64,000 nucleotides of DNA from a virus (Duplodnaviria; Caudoviricetes). The DNA is taken from IMG/VR virus record IMGVR_UViG_3300027278_000003; one strand, given 5' to 3'. Position numbers and translations under genes: made by a program. Below are positions 60,809 through 64,000 of the stretch, one piece after another. Position 1 is the stretch's first letter. Every line of letters starts with the position of its first letter. The notes below the pieces were generated by a model. The model searched no databases, had not been told where the DNA came from, and was given only the letters and a program-made list of their open reading frames with translations.

Positions 60809-61893
60809 AAGTGTCTAAAATACCAGGCTGTGGTAGCTATGGTGTGTTCATAGATGATGTAGATTTTAATACTATGTCAGACGACGAGTGGATGGAAATC
60901 GGAAAAATCCATATGAAGGAACTCGTAACTATTATCCGAAAAACAAATTTAACGCGGGATAATTATCATTCTTGGATGAAAAAGTGGGGCGACGACCGCA
61001 TGACATTCTTTGCACTACTAAAAGAAAAGTATCCAAACTGGGATGGAAAAATATCAAGTATTCCAATGCAATCCGATTGGGATCAAGAAGATATTGATTG
61101 TGTACTAGGTTTTAGCAGAGTAGTCGAAGGTGGCGGTAGAACAAAAGGTCACATAATCCGTGTTAGTGGCAAAAAGGATGAGCATGGTAATCCGCTTGGC
61201 ATGTTTGCAGAGGGGGAACTACTATGGCATAGCAACGAAAGTGGCAACCCTGTATTTGCACCAAATGTATCGCTGCTTGGAGTTGAAGGAACTACTAAAA
61301 GTGCAACTGGTTTCCTGACAACAGTGGACTATTATGAAAGCGTAAGTGAAAGTTTCCGTAGTGAATTAAATGACATGGTTTTATTACACAACTTCACTCC
61401 CGGAAAAATCAATCCCGGTTTAAACGGGTATCAAGATAATATGATGTATAAAAATATGGCTCCATTCCCAAACGAAGAAATTCCGATGGTTATTAAAAGT
61501 CCATACGGTCATGTTGGTCTACACTACAGTTTCAACACTGTGACTGCAATCAAAGATATGTCACAGGCAGAAAGCGACAAGTTATTAGAAAAAATTCGCA
61601 AAGAACTTGAAGTTCCAGAATACATCTACGACCATTGGTATGAACAGGACGGTGATCTATGCTTGTTTGACAATAGTATAACACAACACCGCCGCTTGGG
61701 TGAAACTGACAATCGTTTGTGCCTACGATACCAATATGATCCAAGTCACCTTCAAACTGAACCTTGGATTCCATATCTACAGCAGCCTTATATTGATCGT
61801 TATATTGATCGCATACATTATATTGTACATTCTCTTAAAGGTAACGCATCGTCATATAAACTTCCAAATAAAACTACACAGGAATTGGCATAA
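60805..61893 (+). CDS. TauD/TfdA-like Fe(II)/2OG dioxygenase
   Basis: LWHSNES, DHWYEQDGDLCLFDNSITQHRR. Confidence 0.8.
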   Translation: MKVSKIPGCGSYGVFIDDVDFNTMSDDEWMEIGKIHMKELVTIIRKTNLTRDNYHSWMKKWGDDRMTFFALLKEKYPNWDGKISSIPMQSDWDQEDIDCVLGFSRVVEGGGRTKGHIIRVSGKKDEHGNPLGMFAEGELLWHSNESGNPVFAPNVSLLGVEGTTKSATGFLTTVDYYESVSESFRSELNDMVLLHNFTPGKINPGLNGYQDNMMYKNMAPFPNEEIPMVIKSPYGHVGLHYSFNTVTAIKDMSQAESDKLLEKIRKELEVPEYIYDHWYEQDGDLCLFDNSITQHRRLGETDNRLCLRYQYDPSHLQTEPWIPYLQQPYIDRYIDRIHYIVHSLKGNASSYKLPNKTTQELA

Positions 61894-62282
61894 TGAAAAT
61901 AGGTCTAAGTTTTTCACGTTGCCTACGTGACATCTATACTGGAAAAGTAAAAGAAGAAGATGTTCTTGTCATTATTGCAAGGACAGACTTTGATCCACAT
62001 AATGACAATCATTGGTCTTCTATTTGGGATGGTTACGTCTACGGTGGGTTAAGCAATCCAGAATGGTGGGATTTCAAAGATGAACACGACGACTTTAGAC
62101 GTATGGCAGTAAGACTATATGACACTGGAAAGTTGCACCAACCCCGTAAATTCGGCGCACACCCACCAAGACTTCCATACTATTGGTTAGATTGCGTAGT
62201 AACACCAGAAGACACTGAAAATGTTCCTGCTATCAAACAAGCGTGGGAACATTACCAAATGGTTGCCAATCTTTGTTCTTGA
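61893..62282 (+). CDS. Hypothetical protein, paralog of 59751 ORF
   Basis: MKIGLSFSRCLRDI..PAIKQAWEHY. Confidence 0.75.
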   Translation: MKIGLSFSRCLRDIYTGKVKEEDVLVIIARTDFDPHNDNHWSSIWDGYVYGGLSNPEWWDFKDEHDDFRRMAVRLYDTGKLHQPRKFGAHPPRLPYYWLDCVVTPEDTENVPAIKQAWEHYQMVANLCS

Positions 62283-62334
62283 CAACATAGTGCCAGTGTG
62301 CTATATTGACGGCATAAACAACTAGGAGAATAGT

Positions 62335-62718
62335 ATGTCAGGTATGCACTTACTTGGTCCTGCGTATAGCACAACTAACACACGCAAGCGCAAAGCAAAG
62401 AACAAGACAAAAAAACTACTAGCAGCCGAAGCAGAACACGAAAAGTTCTTGCAAAAAATGGGCGTTGGCAAATCAACACACATGCTCTATGACAAGTGGG
62501 GCAAACGTGTTGGCATTAATGAAATTCCGGACTACCGTGAACATCAATCAACTGCGACATTGAGTAATCGGGTTTCGGCCAATGGCGCTGCCCGTGAACA
62601 ACAAAAGTATACAGGTGACGAAATTGCAGGTATCGTTGTTACACACAAAAGCAATTTGATGCCAGTTCGTAAAGATAATAAACAAGCTGCAAAAGATGCA
62701 GCAAGTATGCGGAGGTAA
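62335..62718 (+). CDS. Conserved basic hypothetical protein
   Basis: AGGAG RBS, upstream TTGACA promoter; YTG..GI...HKSNLMPV. Confidence 0.75.
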   Translation: MSGMHLLGPAYSTTNTRKRKAKNKTKKLLAAEAEHEKFLQKMGVGKSTHMLYDKWGKRVGINEIPDYREHQSTATLSNRVSANGAAREQQKYTGDEIAGIVVTHKSNLMPVRKDNKQAAKDAASMRR

Positions 62719-62720
62719 TA

Positions 62721-62822
62721 ATGAAGCAGATTTTGGATTATATTTTTAAATCCTCAAACACAACAACAGATTTGAGTAAGCATCGTGTTTATACAATTCG
62801 TTATGAGGACTTGTGCCAATGA
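62721..62822 (+). CDS. Unlisted 33-aa protein MKQILDYIFKSSNTTTDLSKHRVYTIRYEDLCQ
   Basis: GGAGG RBS, ATGA overlap with next gene. Confidence 0.55.
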   Translation: MKQILDYIFKSSNTTTDLSKHRVYTIRYEDLCQ

Positions 62823-63010
62823 AGTATGCAGTAAAGATAATGCTTGCCGCCGATGATTGGATTTATATTACAGAAGATACACATGGTAAATGTTGGGATC
62901 TAAACCCTGTTCTGTTTGAAACACAAGAGCAAGCAGAAGATTTCGCTAAGTCATGGCGCAAACGTGGAAAAGAACGTTACGTACAAGTAGTAGAATACGA
63001 TGCATCCTAA
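62819..63010 (+). CDS. Hypothetical protein
   Basis: ATG 62819; DWIYITED motif. Confidence 0.6.
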   Translation: MKYAVKIMLAADDWIYITEDTHGKCWDLNPVLFETQEQAEDFAKSWRKRGKERYVQVVEYDAS

Positions 63011-63173
63011 ATTTAAAGAAGCAGTGAGTTGGGCATTTCATTCTGAGGATGAAGATGCTATTCGCAATGAACTTGGTTATGACGGTGACATGGAAACCGT
63101 ATATGTTGTAGTTGCACTTCTGAATAAGTTAAAAGCAGATTATGACGAAGTACACTATTGGAGTGAAAGTTAG
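63000..63173 (+). CDS. Unlisted 57-aa protein
   Basis: Fills gap; overlaps next start. Confidence 0.5.
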   Translation: MHPKFKEAVSWAFHSEDEDAIRNELGYDGDMETVYVVVALLNKLKADYDEVHYWSES

Positions 63174-63712
63174 TGCCAGTACATGCGATGATCGACTTGG
63201 AAACGCTGGGAACTAAACCTGACTGTCAAGTTCTTACTATTGGCGGAATCAAGTTCGATCCAAATACTAAGGAAGAACCTTGGAGTGAGTTCTACATGCA
63301 ACTTGATATCGATGATCAAGAACACATGGGTAGAAGCGTTGACAATGATACACTTGAATGGTGGGGGAAACAAGAGCCAGAAATCATCGAAGCTGCATTT
63401 ACTCCGCATAATCGTATTCTTCCAAAAACTATGCTTCAAGAATTGAAGAAATGGTGCGTTGGCGTGGATACGTTCTGGGCGCAAGGAGTTTCATTTGATA
63501 TTGTTATCATTGAAAACATGTGCAGAATGTATGATATTCCAATCCCATGGCCATTCTGGAAAGTAAAAGATAGTCGCACGTTGCTTGGTATCGTGTCTAT
63601 GGACCCGCGCAAACGCTACCAGTTTGCTGCACACAATGCACTAGAAGATTGTCGCATTCAAGCAAAGAGTGTACAAGATGCTATTGCAGAACTTGGAATT
63701 CAAATCAGATAG
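63173..63712 (+). CDS. DEDD 3'-5' exonuclease (DexA/DUF5051-like)
   Basis: MIDLETLG, WAQGVSFD, HNALEDC. Confidence 0.88.
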   Translation: MPVHAMIDLETLGTKPDCQVLTIGGIKFDPNTKEEPWSEFYMQLDIDDQEHMGRSVDNDTLEWWGKQEPEIIEAAFTPHNRILPKTMLQELKKWCVGVDTFWAQGVSFDIVIIENMCRMYDIPIPWPFWKVKDSRTLLGIVSMDPRKRYQFAAHNALEDCRIQAKSVQDAIAELGIQIR

Positions 63713-63881
63713 GTGAAACATTGAAGACGTATTGAAATTTATATTTGTGTATCTACTTGGCGCATTCACTGCGATTGGACTGACCGCAATATTGCATATT
63801 GACAGTTGGGAATATTGTAACGCACGTTACGACAATCCCGAAGATGTGTCAGAATGTCAATGGTTACTACACAATATTTGA

Positions 63882-63910
63882 TTGACATTTATATACGAAT
63901 CGTATATAAA
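63882..63910 (+). promoter_or_regulatory. Sigma70 promoter with CGAATCG (GANTC) in spacer
   Basis: TTGACA-TTTATATA-CGAATCG-TA-TATAAA, 17-nt spacer. Confidence 0.6.
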
Positions 63911-63934
63911 AATACACTCAATAAAGGAAAACAA

Positions 63935-64000
63935 ATGACTGACAATGTGATAAACATACGAGACTATTTCGGTAAGAAAGAAGTCAAAGATGATGTGGAG
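63935..64000 (+). CDS. Hypothetical protein, truncated by window end
   Basis: AAGGA RBS; MTDNVINIRDYFGKK. Confidence 0.55.
   Translation, partial: MTDNVINIRDYFGKKEVKDDVE

Noticed and set aside
1-64000. CRISPR array, transposase/integrase, introns or inteins, stop-codon recoding
   Set aside because: No repeat-spacer pattern or mobile-element motifs; core genes are full length with no insertions and read cleanly in the standard code

Overview
Window from a large, AT-rich, T4-like (jumbo-type) tailed-phage genome; genes lie almost all on the + strand and read cleanly in the standard code. Several independent signals point to an alphaproteobacterial (probably Rhodobacterales-like) host: a circularly permuted two-piece tmRNA with tag ANTNAAPAMAKLAA, DUF1127, a Rhodobacter-type porin, FdxA ferredoxin, and sigma70 promoters with GANTC (CcrM/GcrA-type) sites. 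Content in order: primase end, ClpP, DnaB-like helicase; a late block of probable virion/head-packaged proteins behind a GATAAATA motif; PAAR/tail genes; a PrkA-YeaH-SpoVR operon; a hidden minus-strand operon of five tiny proteins (DUF1127, DUF3563 and three others) under a LysR-type box; host-like genes (YggX, epimerase, CDF transporter, peptide deformylase, porin, tmRNA, ferredoxin, ClpX, IF3, bS21, Hsp20, ClpS, MTA/SAH nucleosidase, HIT, PepA, peroxiredoxin); lipase, nuclease and M15 endolysin; UvsE; a split RNA end-healing and ligase cluster; DHFR, UGD-like, TauD-like and exonuclease genes among many small unknown ORFs. Most striking: (1) the tmRNA intervening segment folds into its own tRNA-like element; (2) six promoters carry the GcrA-type motif CGAATC(A/G) inside the -35/-10 spacer; (3) an LsrB/VtlR-like LysR-box DUF1127 micro-protein operon; (4) a probably virion-packaged ligase-like protein (DUF6267). 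All family calls come from motif recognition by eye; no searches were run. No CRISPR array, canonical tRNA or transposase was seen.
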